From: a virus | Taxonomy: Duplodnaviria > Heunggongvirae > Uroviricota > Caudoviricetes | Reading direction: 5' to 3' (one strand) | IMG/VR virus record: IMGVR_UViG_2541047881_000004 | Location: 1 to 44,376 of that record | DNA length: 44,376 nt | In this document: positions 10,301-19,830 of the stretch, piece after piece | Layout of the letters: each line of letters begins with the position of its first letter | How positions within the stretch are numbered: the stretch's first letter is position 1 | The notes under the pieces: model-generated | Seen by the model: only the letters and a program-made list of their open reading frames with translations | The model's database searches: none | What the model was told of the DNA's origin: nothing | Made by a program: the position numbers and the translations under genes

Positions 10301-10972
10301 TCAGCGACCAATCACCACAACCTGACCACCATCCCCTTCGTCTGCCGTGCTGATCTCCTGAGAAACCACCCGCGACCCCACACGCATTTCACCGTACAGA
10401 ACAGGCAAAACATTGCCCTGGGCAACCATGTTATCCAGTGAGGAGAAATAGGTGTTCTGCTTACCGTTATCCGTTGTCTGTGTGCGGGGAGTTCTGGCTT
10501 TCGGTGCCAGCATCTGAGCCACACCGCCGAGCACCATACTGGCACCGAGAGAAAACAGAATGCCGGTCATACCACCGGCCCCAATGGCTGTCCCCCATGC
10601 TGCAAGGGTGGCTCCGGCGGTAAAGAATGATCCGGCAATGGCGGCTGCCCCCAGGACAATCTGGAATACGCCACCTGACTTGGCCCCGGCGACTCTGGGA
10701 ACGATATGAATCACAGCGCCGTCAGGCAGAGCCTCATGTAACTGCGCCGTTAATCCGGACGTGCTGACATCCTGCCCGGCAATACGTACCTGATACCAGC
10801 CGTCGCTCAGTTTCTGACGAAACGAAGGGAGCTGTGTGGCCAGCGCCCGGATGGCTTCAGCCCCCGTTTTCACACGAAGGTCGATGCGGCGGCCAAATCG
10901 TTGTAAATCCCCGTAAAGGCAGATGCGTGCCATGCCCGGTGACGCCAGAGGGAGTGTGTGCGTCGCTGCCAT
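10301..10972 (-). CDS. I: Tail assembly protein I
   Basis: 223 aa, MAATHTLPLASPGMARICLYGDLQRFGRR..., essentially lambda I; overlaps the 3' end of K by about 100 nt as in lambda. Confidence 0.95.
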   Translation of the reverse strand: MAATHTLPLASPGMARICLYGDLQRFGRRIDLRVKTGAEAIRALATQLPSFRQKLSDGWYQVRIAGQDVSTSGLTAQLHEALPDGAVIHIVPRVAGAKSGGVFQIVLGAAAIAGSFFTAGATLAAWGTAIGAGGMTGILFSLGASMVLGGVAQMLAPKARTPRTQTTDNGKQNTYFSSLDNMVAQGNVLPVLYGEMRVGSRVVSQEISTADEGDGGQVVVIGR

Positions 10973-11607
10973 TTGTCGGTATACCTCTCTCGTTTGCTCA
11001 GTTGTTCAGGAATATGGTGCAGCAGCTCGCCGTCACCACAGTAAATGGCGGCATGATTCGGCACAGATGAACCAAAACAGCACAGCAGCACATCGCCCGG
11101 CTGCGCCGCTGACAGCGGCACCTGATACAGCCCTGTGGCCTCCAGATTATCCAGATAGAGATTCTGACCGTTACGCCACCAGTCATCCTCACGATGAAAA
11201 TCCGGCATCTCAATCCCCGCCAGATGGTAAGCATCCCGGAACAGCGTGTAACAGTCCGTCACCCCGTGCTCAAAGAGCCGCCCGGTGAGATGCGGCACAC
11301 AGCGGAACTTATGAATCGCCCCCCGGCAGACCAGCCACCACGGCAAATCACTCTGCACCTGCAGTCGCCGGTCGGCCTCACTCAGCCAGGGCAGACCACC
11401 GGGGTGGCTGTGGACCAGCGCCACAACCTCACCCTGCATTTCTGCCTGCAGCCAGTCTTCCGGCGACATACGGAAATACGCCTCCGGCTCACCGGAGATA
11501 TTCACGCAGGGGAAATATCTTTCCCCCTCCGGCGCTCTCACCACGAAGCCGCACGACTCCGCTGGCGCACATCGCCGGGCGTGCGCCAATATATTGCTAT
11601 AGAGCAT
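10870..11607 (-). CDS. K: Tail assembly protein K (MPN/JAMM plus NlpC/P60-like)
   Basis: Lambda K-like (…VCGFVV…HSHPGG…); start set at ATG 11607 with an AGGAG RBS 5 nt upstream; the ORF is open to 11646 and lambda K is annotated shorter, so the start is uncertain. Confidence 0.85.
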   Translation of the reverse strand: MLYSNILAHARRCAPAESCGFVVRAPEGERYFPCVNISGEPEAYFRMSPEDWLQAEMQGEVVALVHSHPGGLPWLSEADRRLQVQSDLPWWLVCRGAIHKFRCVPHLTGRLFEHGVTDCYTLFRDAYHLAGIEMPDFHREDDWWRNGQNLYLDNLEATGLYQVPLSAAQPGDVLLCCFGSSVPNHAAIYCGDGELLHHIPEQLSKRERYTDKWQRRTHSLWRHRAWHASAFTGIYNDLAAASTFV

Positions 11608-11618
11608 GAGAACTCCTG

Positions 11619-11642
11619 ATAAAAAACCCAGCCGAAGCTGGG
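11619..11642 (-). terminator. Intrinsic terminator between ant and K
   Basis: Minus-strand RNA CCCAGC-UUCG-GCUGGG followed by UUUUUUAU. Confidence 0.6.
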
Positions 11643-11661
11643 TCATTTCGTTGGCAATCTG

Positions 11662-12597
11662 TTAGTAGTGATGCAGTGAAGGAGGTAATTCTTTGTTCTT
11701 AAGCCTTACCCATGCGGAAAGATTCGTTGGTCCGTCTGGCTCATTAATATCAACATCTCGTGTGTGATTGATTAAAACGTCTCTCGCCATTCCAATAACA
11801 TACGAGAACTCATGGCCGTAGTCGTAGCACCTGCCAAAATAGTTTGATTGAATTTGCTTTAGCGCCGGATACAGTTCGCGGAATAATGCCTGTGAGCGGT
11901 TGGCATAATCCCATAACCATACAAGGCTGTTTGCTTCTTTTGCAGAAAGCTCGTTGGTTTTCTTCTCTTGTTTTCCGATGAATTCGCCTTCAAGTGGAAT
12001 ACGAGCAGCAAGTGACAGTGCTTCGGTAAACTGCTCCTCACTGATTTCTTTGTACGAACATCCAAAATGGGATTTCAGTGACGACCACATGGTGATCATC
12101 GCCTTCGCCTGTTTTTCTTTTGGCAGAGACTGACCGCGACTCATGACGAGTTGTTTAATAGCTTCCTGCTGTTCAGTGGTGATTTTACCCGGCAACGCCT
12201 TTTTAGCTTTGCGCGGGTTAACCACATGGCCTTTAGTCCAGTAGTCATGCAGCACAGTAAAGCATTCTTCCTGGTACTGAATCAGTTTATCGCGGATGTC
12301 AGCACGAACTTTCTCAGGGTTGATGCTGAACAGCCATCCATTTAACTTCTTCAAAGGAAGGCAGAGTAGCTTACGAAGCTTCCCATCAGCAGCAACCATA
12401 TTCATATGAATACAGTTGAACTTATCTAGTTGTTTCATAAGTTTTTGTTGCTGAGTACCCCAGCTCATTCCGAGGTTTTCAACGATTGGCTTCATCGCAA
12501 CATATGCAACTCCTGCAGCCATGGCGGTGATAATTTGCTGACCGTTGAAGGATACGTAAGAGGTGCTCACTGCTTCTAAAATTGCTATACTATTCAT
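11662..12597 (-). CDS. ant: Antirepressor (P22 Ant-like)
   Basis: 312 aa from ATG 12597 ([10 protein letters not shown]...); sits downstream of an arc-like gene as in the P22 immI operon; longest ORF extends to 12720 but those codons overlap arc (alternative start 12678). Confidence 0.7.
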   Translation of the reverse strand: MNSIAILEAVSTSYVSFNGQQIITAMAAGVAYVAMKPIVENLGMSWGTQQQKLMKQLDKFNCIHMNMVAADGKLRKLLCLPLKKLNGWLFSINPEKVRADIRDKLIQYQEECFTVLHDYWTKGHVVNPRKAKKALPGKITTEQQEAIKQLVMSRGQSLPKEKQAKAMITMWSSLKSHFGCSYKEISEEQFTEALSLAARIPLEGEFIGKQEKKTNELSAKEANSLVWLWDYANRSQALFRELYPALKQIQSNYFGRCYDYGHEFSYVIGMARDVLINHTRDVDINEPDGPTNLSAWVRLKNKELPPSLHHY

Positions 12598-12669
12598 ATC
12601 AGTTTTCTCGTAGTTAACTGGTAATTTAGAAGCCTCAATGGTTGCAGCCATTGAGGCTTCGCTGTTTTT
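12598..12669 (+). ncRNA. sar: Candidate sar-like antisense RNA covering the ant translation-initiation region
   Basis: Plus-strand extended -10 element TGCTATACT (12583-12591) inside the 5' end of ant; about 72 nt downstream a 13-bp perfect stem (12629-12641 / 12648-12660, GAAGCCTCAATGG...CCATTGAGGCTTC) followed by GCTGTTTTT; by analogy with P22 sar. Confidence 0.35.
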
Positions 12670-12841
12670 AGCGACCATTCGCCACCTCTTCCCTAACACC
12701 TTTTGCCAGCAAACGAACAATTGCAGAGTTCAGAGATATACAGTCCATTTCCGCCAGGCGGCGAAGGTCTTCATTCAGCCGTGATGGAAGGCGAAGGTTG
12801 AGTTTGATATTTTTGCGCTCAGTGAAAAGTGTATCTTGCAT
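12668..12841 (-). CDS. arc: Arc-like ribbon-helix-helix repressor
   Basis: 57-aa ORF below the track size cutoff, translated by hand: [57 protein letters not shown]; matches the Arc/Mnt pattern NLR.P...L....AE....S.NS.I; GGAG RBS 8 nt upstream. Confidence 0.65.
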   Translation of the reverse strand: MQDTLFTERKNIKLNLRLPSRLNEDLRRLAEMDCISLNSAIVRLLAKGVREEVANGR

Positions 12842-12948
12842 TATCTAATCTCCTTTATGTGGTGCCAAAGTGACGCCATGAAGGCCATAATGCCACCATT
12901 GAAATCGTATGGCAATATGGCACCATGATTTTTTTTGAGAGATTTGCA
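12842..12948. promoter_or_regulatory. Divergent promoter/operator region between arc-ant and mnt
   Basis: On the minus strand TTGCCA-17 nt-CATTAT reads toward arc; repeated ATGGTG(C/G)CA motifs are operator candidates. Confidence 0.4.
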
Positions 12949-13269
12949 ATGGCCGAAAAACAAGTAAAAGACTACGACAAGTTCAACCTCCGTTTTCCTG
13001 ACGGAATGCGAGATGCTATAGCTGAACGAGCCAAACGAAACGGGCGCTCTATGAACTCAGAGATTGTTCAGATACTGGAAGATGCCTTGAATGCAGAAAA
13101 TACACTCGGGGAAATAGCAGATAAAATTAACAGCGTCTCGGTTCCGCTAAATGTTGATGCGCTAGTTCAACTTCAAGCCCAGGTTATCGCCATGCAAAAA
13201 GAAATACAGGAAAAGTTCAGAGAGCAGAACGAAAAGTTGAGAGAACTGCTAAACAAAAAACCCACCTGA
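12949..13269 (+). CDS. mnt: Mnt-like ribbon-helix-helix repressor
   Basis: 106 aa from ATG 12949; ...FNLRFPDGMRDAIAERAKRNGRSMNSEIVQILEDAL closely matches P22 Mnt (...NGRSMNSELLQIVQDAL); transcribed divergently from arc-ant. Confidence 0.75.
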   Translation: MAEKQVKDYDKFNLRFPDGMRDAIAERAKRNGRSMNSEIVQILEDALNAENTLGEIADKINSVSVPLNVDALVQLQAQVIAMQKEIQEKFREQNEKLRELLNKKPT

Positions 13270-13276
13270 CGGTGGG
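13251..13276 (-). terminator. Intrinsic terminator downstream of L, overlapping the mnt stop codon
   Basis: Minus-strand RNA CCCACC-GUCA-GGUGGG followed by UUUUUUGUUU. Confidence 0.55.
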
Positions 13277-13285
13277 CATAATCCA

Positions 13286-13984
13286 TTACTGCGAAAGTTT
13301 GTTAATGGAAAGGAAGCCGCCAAAGTTGCCGACGTTATTGCGAAACTTACAGCCGCTCAGGCATTTGCTGCATTTATCCTTCGTGATATCGGACGTCGGC
13401 TGGTCATATTCATCCGCGACAGCCGGACCGTGATAACCGCACTCATCACCGCGATAGGTCCAGGTGCAGGTGTTGGCCAGCATGATACGTCCCGGAAAAA
13501 CAGCGCCGTCCGTTTCCGTCGGCGTGGACAGTACAAAGGAGGCACTGACCGCGCTCAGTTCGCTGCACTGCTCGATGCGCCAGCGACTGATCACCTCCTG
13601 CTCCGGATCGGCGTCGCTGTTTCCGTTGACGAAGTTCACCGCATCCAGAAAACGGGCGTAAACCTTACGCCTGACCACCGTTCCGCCGACCAGACTCTGC
13701 AGATCTTCCGCCATCCCGGTGACCATACCGTACAGGTTAGAAACCGTCAGCGTGGGGCGCGTACTGGTGCCTTTGCCATTCAGTTCAAAACCGCTCCCCT
13801 GAATGGGATACGCCTGATACTGTCGCCCCTGCCAGGTGACCGGCTCACCTTTTTCGTTCTGCTCATTACAGAAAAAATAACGTTCTCCACCGACCTCTGT
13901 CAGATCGATCTCCCAGAGCACCACGCTGGCCGACTGCTCCGCACGGGTGCATTCATTCAGTGTTTCCTGCCGGATATCCTGCAT
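13286..13984 (-). CDS. L: Tail tip protein L
   Basis: 232 aa, MQDIRQETLNECTRAEQSAS..., lambda L-like. Confidence 0.95.
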   Translation of the reverse strand: MQDIRQETLNECTRAEQSASVVLWEIDLTEVGGERYFFCNEQNEKGEPVTWQGRQYQAYPIQGSGFELNGKGTSTRPTLTVSNLYGMVTGMAEDLQSLVGGTVVRRKVYARFLDAVNFVNGNSDADPEQEVISRWRIEQCSELSAVSASFVLSTPTETDGAVFPGRIMLANTCTWTYRGDECGYHGPAVADEYDQPTSDITKDKCSKCLSGCKFRNNVGNFGGFLSINKLSQ

Positions 13985-14313
13985 CAGTTCACCACCTGTT
14001 CAAACTCTGCGCTGAACTCAACACGCAGCATACTGACCCGCGACGACCATTTTGCGCAGGTCACCTTTATCTGCCGCCACTCATAAGGCGGCGTCCACAG
14101 AAAGGCTTTCCAGCCCCCGTGCTCTTCCAGAAATGACTCCAGTACCGTGGCCTCCTCACGGGGGACAGAAAGCGTCACGCTGTACGTTTTCAGGTTGGCA
14201 TTCAGCCCGGCAGGCGCTCGCTGTGAATAGCCATCACCAAAGCGCACCTTTCTTACAGAAGGGGCCGAAGCCACATCCATACCGGGTTTCACTTTCCAGC
14301 GGAAGGTTTTCAT
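13984..14313 (-). CDS. M: Tail tip protein M
   Basis: 109 aa, lambda M-like; stop overlaps the L start. Confidence 0.95.
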   Translation of the reverse strand: MKTFRWKVKPGMDVASAPSVRKVRFGDGYSQRAPAGLNANLKTYSVTLSVPREEATVLESFLEEHGGWKAFLWTPPYEWRQIKVTCAKWSSRVSMLRVEFSAEFEQVVN

Positions 14314-16889
14314 CGTCCACCTCCGGAGAACAGGCCACCATCACGCATCTGCCCGGTCACAACATCCATTGCCGCCTTACGGGCTACGTCATAAACCGCC
14401 TTCAGCGCCTGTGGCCCTATCTGACCGTTCGTGCCGTCGTTGTTAATCACCACATGGTTATTCTGCTCAAACTTCCCGGACGCCTGCGACCGGCTGTCCG
14501 CCATGCTGCCCGGTGTACCGACATAACCGCCGGTGGCATAGCCGCGCATCAGCCGGTAAAGATTCCCCACGCCAATCCGGCTGGTTGCCTCCTTCGTGAA
14601 GACAAATTCACCACGATGAACAATCCCCGCAGGCTCATATTTGCCGCCGGTTCCCGTAAATCCTCCGGTCGCAAAATGGAATTTCGCCGCAGCTGCCTGA
14701 ATGGCTGTACCGCCTGACGCCGATGCGCCACCACCAACAGCTCCGCCAATGGCGCTGCCAATACTCCCGACAATCCCCACCATTGCCTGCTTAAGCAGAA
14801 TTTCTGTCATCATGGACAGCACGGAACGGGTGAAGCTGCGCCAGTTCTGCTCACTGCCGGTCAGCATCGCCGCCATATTCTGTGCAATACCATCAAAGGT
14901 CTGCGTGGCTGCACTTTTAACCTGCGACATACTGTCCGTGGCGCTCTCTTCCCACTCACTCCAGCCGGACTTCAGGCCTGCCATCCAGCTCCCGCGAAGC
15001 TGGTCTTCAGCCGCCCAGGTCTTTTTCTGCTCTGACATGACGTTATTCAGCGCCAGCGGATTATCGCCATACTGTTCCTTCAGGCGCTGTTCCGTGGCTT
15101 CCCGTTCTGCCTGCCGGTCAGTCAGCCCCCGGCTTTTCGCATCAATGGCGGCCCGTTTTGCCCGTTGCTGCTGTGCGAATTTATCCGCCTGCTGCGCCAG
15201 CGCGTTCAGGCGCTCCTGATACGTAACCTTGTCGCCAAGTGCAGCCAGCTGGCGTTTGTACTCCAGCGTCTCATCTTTATGCGCCAGCAGGGATTTCTCC
15301 TGTGCAGACAGCTGGCGACGTTGCGCCGCCTCCTCCAGTACCGCGAACTGACTTTCTGCCTTCCACAAATCCCGGCGCTGCTGGCTGATTTTCTCATTCG
15401 CTCCGGCATGCTTCTCCAGCATCCGGAGTTCTGCCTGAAGCGTCAGCAGGGCAGCATGAGCACTGTCTTCCTGACGATCGCCCGCAGACACTTTCACGCC
15501 GGACTGCTTCGGCTTTTTCAGCGTCGCTTCATAGTCCTTTTTCGCCGCCGCCATCAGCGTGTTGTAATCTGCCTGCAGGATTTTTCCGTCTTTCAGAGCC
15601 TTATTCAGTTCCTCCTGGCGGGCGGTATATTTCTCCAGCGGTGTCTGCAGGCGTTCGTAAGCCTTCTGCGCCTCTTCGGTATATTTCAGCCGTGATGCCT
15701 CAGACTCGGCCCAGTCCTTTGCTGCCATCTCTCTGGCCTTTTCAAGATCGGCCTGCAACGTGGCGGCTGAAAGCCCAAGTTGCGCATTCGCTCTGTCCTC
15801 CCATGCTCCCCGGAGATTGGCAAGAAATGCTGAGGTTTTACCGCGCCGGTGGCTCCGGCTCTGATACCACTGCCATTTTTTGTCCGCCTCATCAAAAGCC
15901 TTTTCTGCTTTCTCCAGCATTCCCTGGGCAGTGTCCGGGCGACCAATATCCAGCACCGAATCCCACATGGATTTGAATGCCCGCGCTGTCCTGTCTGCCC
16001 AGGTCTCCAGCGTGCCCATGTTCTCTTTCAGGCGGCGGGTCTGGTCATCAAACCCTTTCGTTGCGGCTTCGTTCGCCGCCTGCAATGCCCCGGCTTCATC
16101 TCCGGAACGCTGCAACTGAGCAACATACGCAATCTGCTCCGCCGTCACGTTATGGAACTGACGTGCCATCGCTGTCAGTCCCGACGTCGGGTCTGTGGTC
16201 AGCTTCCCGAAGGCTTCAGCGACCTTGTCCACCTCCACGCCGGATGCAGAGGAGAAACGCGCCACACTCTGGCTGATCGCCTCAAACTGCTCACCACCAC
16301 GCACACCGGCATTCACCAGCGCCGTCAGTGACTCGCTGGTCTGGTTAAACGTCAGCCCTGCCGCCTGCCCGGCTCTGGACAGGGCCAGAATACGATCTGC
16401 CGTCAGTCCCGCCTGATTGCCGGAAAGGACCAGCGTTTTGTTGAAATCGGACAGGGTTGAGTTGCCCTGATACCAGGCATACGCCAGCGCACCGGTCGCC
16501 ACCGCCAGCGAGGTGGCCCCCACCATCGGCAGGGTGATCGCACCGGCAAGCCCCCTGAACATGGGGATCATCCCGCCGAAGGAGTCCTTAACCTGACCAC
16601 CCTGTTGCAGCAGGATCAGCCACGGACTTTGCCCGCCTGCAAGCTGCGTGGCCACGTCGGTGAACTGTGCAGGCAGCATACGCATGGCGGCTTTATACTG
16701 CCCGACGGAAATCCCCGCTTTCTGTGCAGCCAGCGCCTGTCGGCTCAGCGACTGTTCAACGACTGCCGCTGTTTTTTTCGCATCAGTTTCCGTACCGGAA
16801 AAATGACGCCTGACTCTGGCCATCTGCTCGTCAAATCTGGCCGCATCCAGACTCAAATCAACGACCAGATCGCCTACCGGTTCAGCCAT
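14310..16889 (-). CDS. H: Tail tape measure protein H
   Basis: 859 aa, MAEPVGDLVVDLSLDAARFDEQMARVRRHF..., lambda H-like. Confidence 0.95.
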   Translation of the reverse strand: MAEPVGDLVVDLSLDAARFDEQMARVRRHFSGTETDAKKTAAVVEQSLSRQALAAQKAGISVGQYKAAMRMLPAQFTDVATQLAGGQSPWLILLQQGGQVKDSFGGMIPMFRGLAGAITLPMVGATSLAVATGALAYAWYQGNSTLSDFNKTLVLSGNQAGLTADRILALSRAGQAAGLTFNQTSESLTALVNAGVRGGEQFEAISQSVARFSSASGVEVDKVAEAFGKLTTDPTSGLTAMARQFHNVTAEQIAYVAQLQRSGDEAGALQAANEAATKGFDDQTRRLKENMGTLETWADRTARAFKSMWDSVLDIGRPDTAQGMLEKAEKAFDEADKKWQWYQSRSHRRGKTSAFLANLRGAWEDRANAQLGLSAATLQADLEKAREMAAKDWAESEASRLKYTEEAQKAYERLQTPLEKYTARQEELNKALKDGKILQADYNTLMAAAKKDYEATLKKPKQSGVKVSAGDRQEDSAHAALLTLQAELRMLEKHAGANEKISQQRRDLWKAESQFAVLEEAAQRRQLSAQEKSLLAHKDETLEYKRQLAALGDKVTYQERLNALAQQADKFAQQQRAKRAAIDAKSRGLTDRQAEREATEQRLKEQYGDNPLALNNVMSEQKKTWAAEDQLRGSWMAGLKSGWSEWEESATDSMSQVKSAATQTFDGIAQNMAAMLTGSEQNWRSFTRSVLSMMTEILLKQAMVGIVGSIGSAIGGAVGGGASASGGTAIQAAAAKFHFATGGFTGTGGKYEPAGIVHRGEFVFTKEATSRIGVGNLYRLMRGYATGGYVGTPGSMADSRSQASGKFEQNNHVVINNDGTNGQIGPQALKAVYDVARKAAMDVVTGQMRDGGLFSGGGR

Positions 16890-17720
16890 ACCGGACTCCT
16901 CCTGCGATCCCTTCTGATACTGTCATCAGCATTACGTCATCCTCCGTCATGTCCGCCACATCCGGGGAAACGGGGATAACTTCATTCCCGTCCGGACCAA
17001 AGCGGACGCCTCCGGCAAGCCCTGCCGCTTTCTGCATCAGCACATCATCTTCAGGCTCTTCGTCAGCCTCACGCCGGTTCAGCAGACTGAAATCCAGCGG
17101 ATGCATATCCGGATCGCTGAAAAACAGGCTGAGCACGGTGTACGTCAGCCCGGAAAAGTGCATATCCAGCAGAACATCATGAAAATAATGGGTACTGTAA
17201 AAGCGGTGCCAGTCGGCATACTCCGTGGATGACATCCCGGCAAGCATGGCACGCCAGTCGGGTCGCCCCATCTCTCGCGCCAGTTTCAGGGCAAAACTCA
17301 GCTCACCATCGAACACTTTCCCGCAGAAACAGGCTCTGCAGGCCCGGCGTCCTCTGTCTGTTCAGGAGCATCATTCACCACAAACTCATACATACCGGAC
17401 AGCCGGTACACCACGTTTTCAGCATGAGAAATTGCCTCCGTGGGCCAGGTGGTAAGCACTTCCTGCTCAATCTGTTTAACGGCTTCATTCATAGAAGGCA
17501 GCTTTGTCTTCTGCGGATGGTTATGCCACAGGGACATCGCCACCACAAAAGCGCCGGTTCTGATGGCGTCTTCCACAGTAAACTTCCGGTTGCTGTCTGA
17601 CTCCGCCTGTTCTGCCTGTCGTTTCATCAGGGCGAGATGCTCAATACGCTGCAGGGCTGACAGTTCAGAAAGCGTGACGGTCACACCGTTATGTTCAAAT
17701 GATTCGGTTTTCAGGAACAT
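16882..17720 (-). CDS. T: Tail assembly chaperone G-T, made by a -1 programmed ribosomal frameshift from G into the T frame
   Basis: T-frame ORF 16882..17316 (…VFDGELSFALKLAREMGRPDW) overlaps the 3' end of G; slippery heptamer G GGA AAG at 17316-17322 (minus strand). Confidence 0.85.
17298..17720 (-). CDS. G: Tail assembly chaperone G
   Basis: 140 aa, lambda G-like, ending ...SAGKCSMVS. Confidence 0.95.
   Translation of the reverse strand: MFLKTESFEHNGVTVTLSELSALQRIEHLALMKRQAEQAESDSNRKFTVEDAIRTGAFVVAMSLWHNHPQKTKLPSMNEAVKQIEQEVLTTWPTEAISHAENVVYRLSGMYEFVVNDAPEQTEDAGPAEPVSAGKCSMVS
17316..17322 (-). promoter_or_regulatory. G-T -1 frameshift slippery site GGGAAAG
   Basis: Read directly on the minus strand in the G frame as G GGA AAG, as in lambda. 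Confidence 0.85.
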
Positions 17721-17735
17721 CGCTGACTCTCCGGA

Positions 17736-18476
17736 TTAACTGGCGGTGACGTTGATTTCTGCAACCGCAGCAAGTTCACCATTACCGGATACGACCGGAA
17801 TGTTGACCTTGCCTGCAGCAACACCTTTCACGGTGATGGTCATACCACTGACCGACACGGTGGCTTTTGTTTTATCCGCAGACACCGCACGGAAGCTCTT
17901 GTCGGTTGCGCCTTCCGGCTGGAATGCCACGGTCAGCGTCGTGCTCTGCCCTTTCACCACCGAGGTGCTGGCAGGCGTCACGGTCATGCCGGTTGCCGCT
18001 GTTACCGTGCTGCGATCTTCTGCCATCGACGGACGTCCTACGTTGGTGACTTTCACCGTGCGGGTAATCACTTCCTTCGCCGTCACCGCCTTACCGATAC
18101 TGCTGACCCAGCCGCGGAACACATCGACCGTGCCGTTCGGGAAGCGGATTTTATAGGCACGGGTATCGCCTTCATTAAACCACGCCAGCAGCGCCTGCTG
18201 CCCCTGCTCTCCGGGCATCCACGCCAGCGTGAAGCTGGTATCTCCGGCAGATTTCTGCCCCTGCCCGGTCGCAGTCCAGTCTGCATCTTCATCATCGAGA
18301 TAGCTGTCGTCATAGGACTCAGCGGTCAGTTCGCCGGGCGTCAGGTCTTTAACTTTTGCCAGACGCGACCAGTCAACGTCTGAAAGCGGATTCGCATAAG
18401 GGTCACCGTTCCCCTTATAAACCCACAGGGTGGTCCCGGCACCTTTCACCGGTGCCAGAGGATTTGGTGTTGGCAT
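17736..18476 (-). CDS. V: Major tail tube protein V
   Basis: Lambda V-like with C-terminal Ig-like domain; start set at [14 protein letters not shown] by comparison with lambda V. Confidence 0.9.
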   Translation of the reverse strand: MPTPNPLAPVKGAGTTLWVYKGNGDPYANPLSDVDWSRLAKVKDLTPGELTAESYDDSYLDDEDADWTATGQGQKSAGDTSFTLAWMPGEQGQQALLAWFNEGDTRAYKIRFPNGTVDVFRGWVSSIGKAVTAKEVITRTVKVTNVGRPSMAEDRSTVTAATGMTVTPASTSVVKGQSTTLTVAFQPEGATDKSFRAVSADKTKATVSVSGMTITVKGVAAGKVNIPVVSGNGELAAVAEINVTAS

Positions 18477-18483
18477 ATCGTCC

Positions 18484-18879
18484 TCACATTTCATAGGTAA
18501 TGACATAAGTCAGATCGGCTGAACTCCACAGGCCCGCATCATCGTCGCGCCGGTAGTCATAGCCACTGGCCACCATACTGGTGATCAAATCTGACAGTGC
18601 CGGGATATCGCTCATCACCGGATAAATCCGGGACTCCATCCACGAATCCAGCTCTGAATCCGGCACCTGAGCAGGCAGGAAAACTTCAATATGCAGCTCC
18701 GCCTGCCAGGTATCGCTGTCCAGCTCTTCGCCCGTGTATTCAGCGCCGGTGAGATAAACGGCAATTGCCGGAAAATCTTCCTCATCAAAAACAGCGGGGC
18801 GACCATCAAAAAGCGTCGCCCCGGTGTCATGCTTCTCCAGTGCATCCAGTACGGCTGCACGGAGTTCAGTATGTTTCAT
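18484..18879 (-). CDS. U: Tail terminator protein U
   Basis: 131 aa, lambda U-like. Confidence 0.95.
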   Translation of the reverse strand: MKHTELRAAVLDALEKHDTGATLFDGRPAVFDEEDFPAIAVYLTGAEYTGEELDSDTWQAELHIEVFLPAQVPDSELDSWMESRIYPVMSDIPALSDLITSMVASGYDYRRDDDAGLWSSADLTYVITYEM

Positions 18880-19454
18880 CGCTTTATTACCATTCTCAGT
18901 TGATGCTGCAGCGCATAGCCCAGCTCTTTCGGGAGACGTTCACGCCGTATCCGTTCAATATTCTGTTTAAACGCCGTGGTCAGCGGCACCGCCATCGGGA
19001 TTTTCACCACATCAATGGGGTAACGGTTTTTCCCGGCCACACGCTGCATGACATGCCACCGGCCATTTTTCAGTTGCTGAATAAACGCGCCGGGAATACG
19101 ACGGTTTCCCACCACAAGCACACTGCCGCCACCTTTCAGGGCTGAACGCTGCCCCTTTTTACGACGCCTGCGTCGGGACAGGACAACCCGCGCGTTACCC
19201 AGCTTTATTACGGGCAAATCCCCCCGGTTAACCCTGATTCTGGCCTGCGGATTTTTGACCGTGGCCCTTTTCAGCCTGGCCCTTTCCTTTACCAGTTTCC
19301 GGCGTACCTTTGTCTCACGGGCAACCTGTGCCACCGACTGCGATATCGCGGATGAAGCAACGCGGTTAATGGCCATTGCGGCGGCACCGGGCACCGCCGT
19401 TCTGCTGATACGGCTGAGGTTTTCAACGGCCTGCTCAAGACCTTTTATGGCCAT
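18876..19454 (-). CDS. Z: Tail completion protein Z
   Basis: 192 aa, lambda Z-like. Confidence 0.95.
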   Translation of the reverse strand: MAIKGLEQAVENLSRISRTAVPGAAAMAINRVASSAISQSVAQVARETKVRRKLVKERARLKRATVKNPQARIRVNRGDLPVIKLGNARVVLSRRRRRKKGQRSALKGGGSVLVVGNRRIPGAFIQQLKNGRWHVMQRVAGKNRYPIDVVKIPMAVPLTTAFKQNIERIRRERLPKELGYALQHQLRMVIKR

Positions 19455-19465
19455 ACATCCCCCTT

Positions 19466-19819
19466 TCAGCGGCGACGGTTAACGGCAGGCGGTACGCCCC
19501 GCCCAAGCCAGAGATGACAGCTTCCGCCATCATCCGGCGAAATCCGGTCTATCCAGAAGTTTTCCTCACCGATGGTCAGCGTGTCGCCGCGCCGCAGCTG
19601 CCGCACATCATCAGTCCGGACAAACAGGGACGGGCTGGAGCCTTCAACGCGCACGCCCTGTCCGGCATAGCTGATATTTTCAGGGTCATCAAAAACACCA
19701 CGTATCACAGCACCGGACTGCTCACCGGATGTCATGGTGGCTGACGTTCCCATGTACCCGCGTATCGTTTCATCGGCGCAGGCAATGGCAGCATCGAACA
19801 GGTTATCGAAATCAGCCAC
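19466..19819 (-). CDS. FII: Head-tail connector protein FII
   Basis: 117 aa, lambda FII-like. Confidence 0.95.
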   Translation of the reverse strand: MADFDNLFDAAIACADETIRGYMGTSATMTSGEQSGAVIRGVFDDPENISYAGQGVRVEGSSPSLFVRTDDVRQLRRGDTLTIGEENFWIDRISPDDGGSCHLWLGRGVPPAVNRRR

Positions 19820-19830
19820 AGCGCCTCCCG

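Noticed and set aside
13430-16331. Plus-strand ORFs antisense to L, M and H (for example 13430..14086, 14052..14717, 14701..15219, 15849..16331)
   Set aside because: All overlap confidently assigned lambda-like tail genes on the opposite strand and have no RBS or conserved features.
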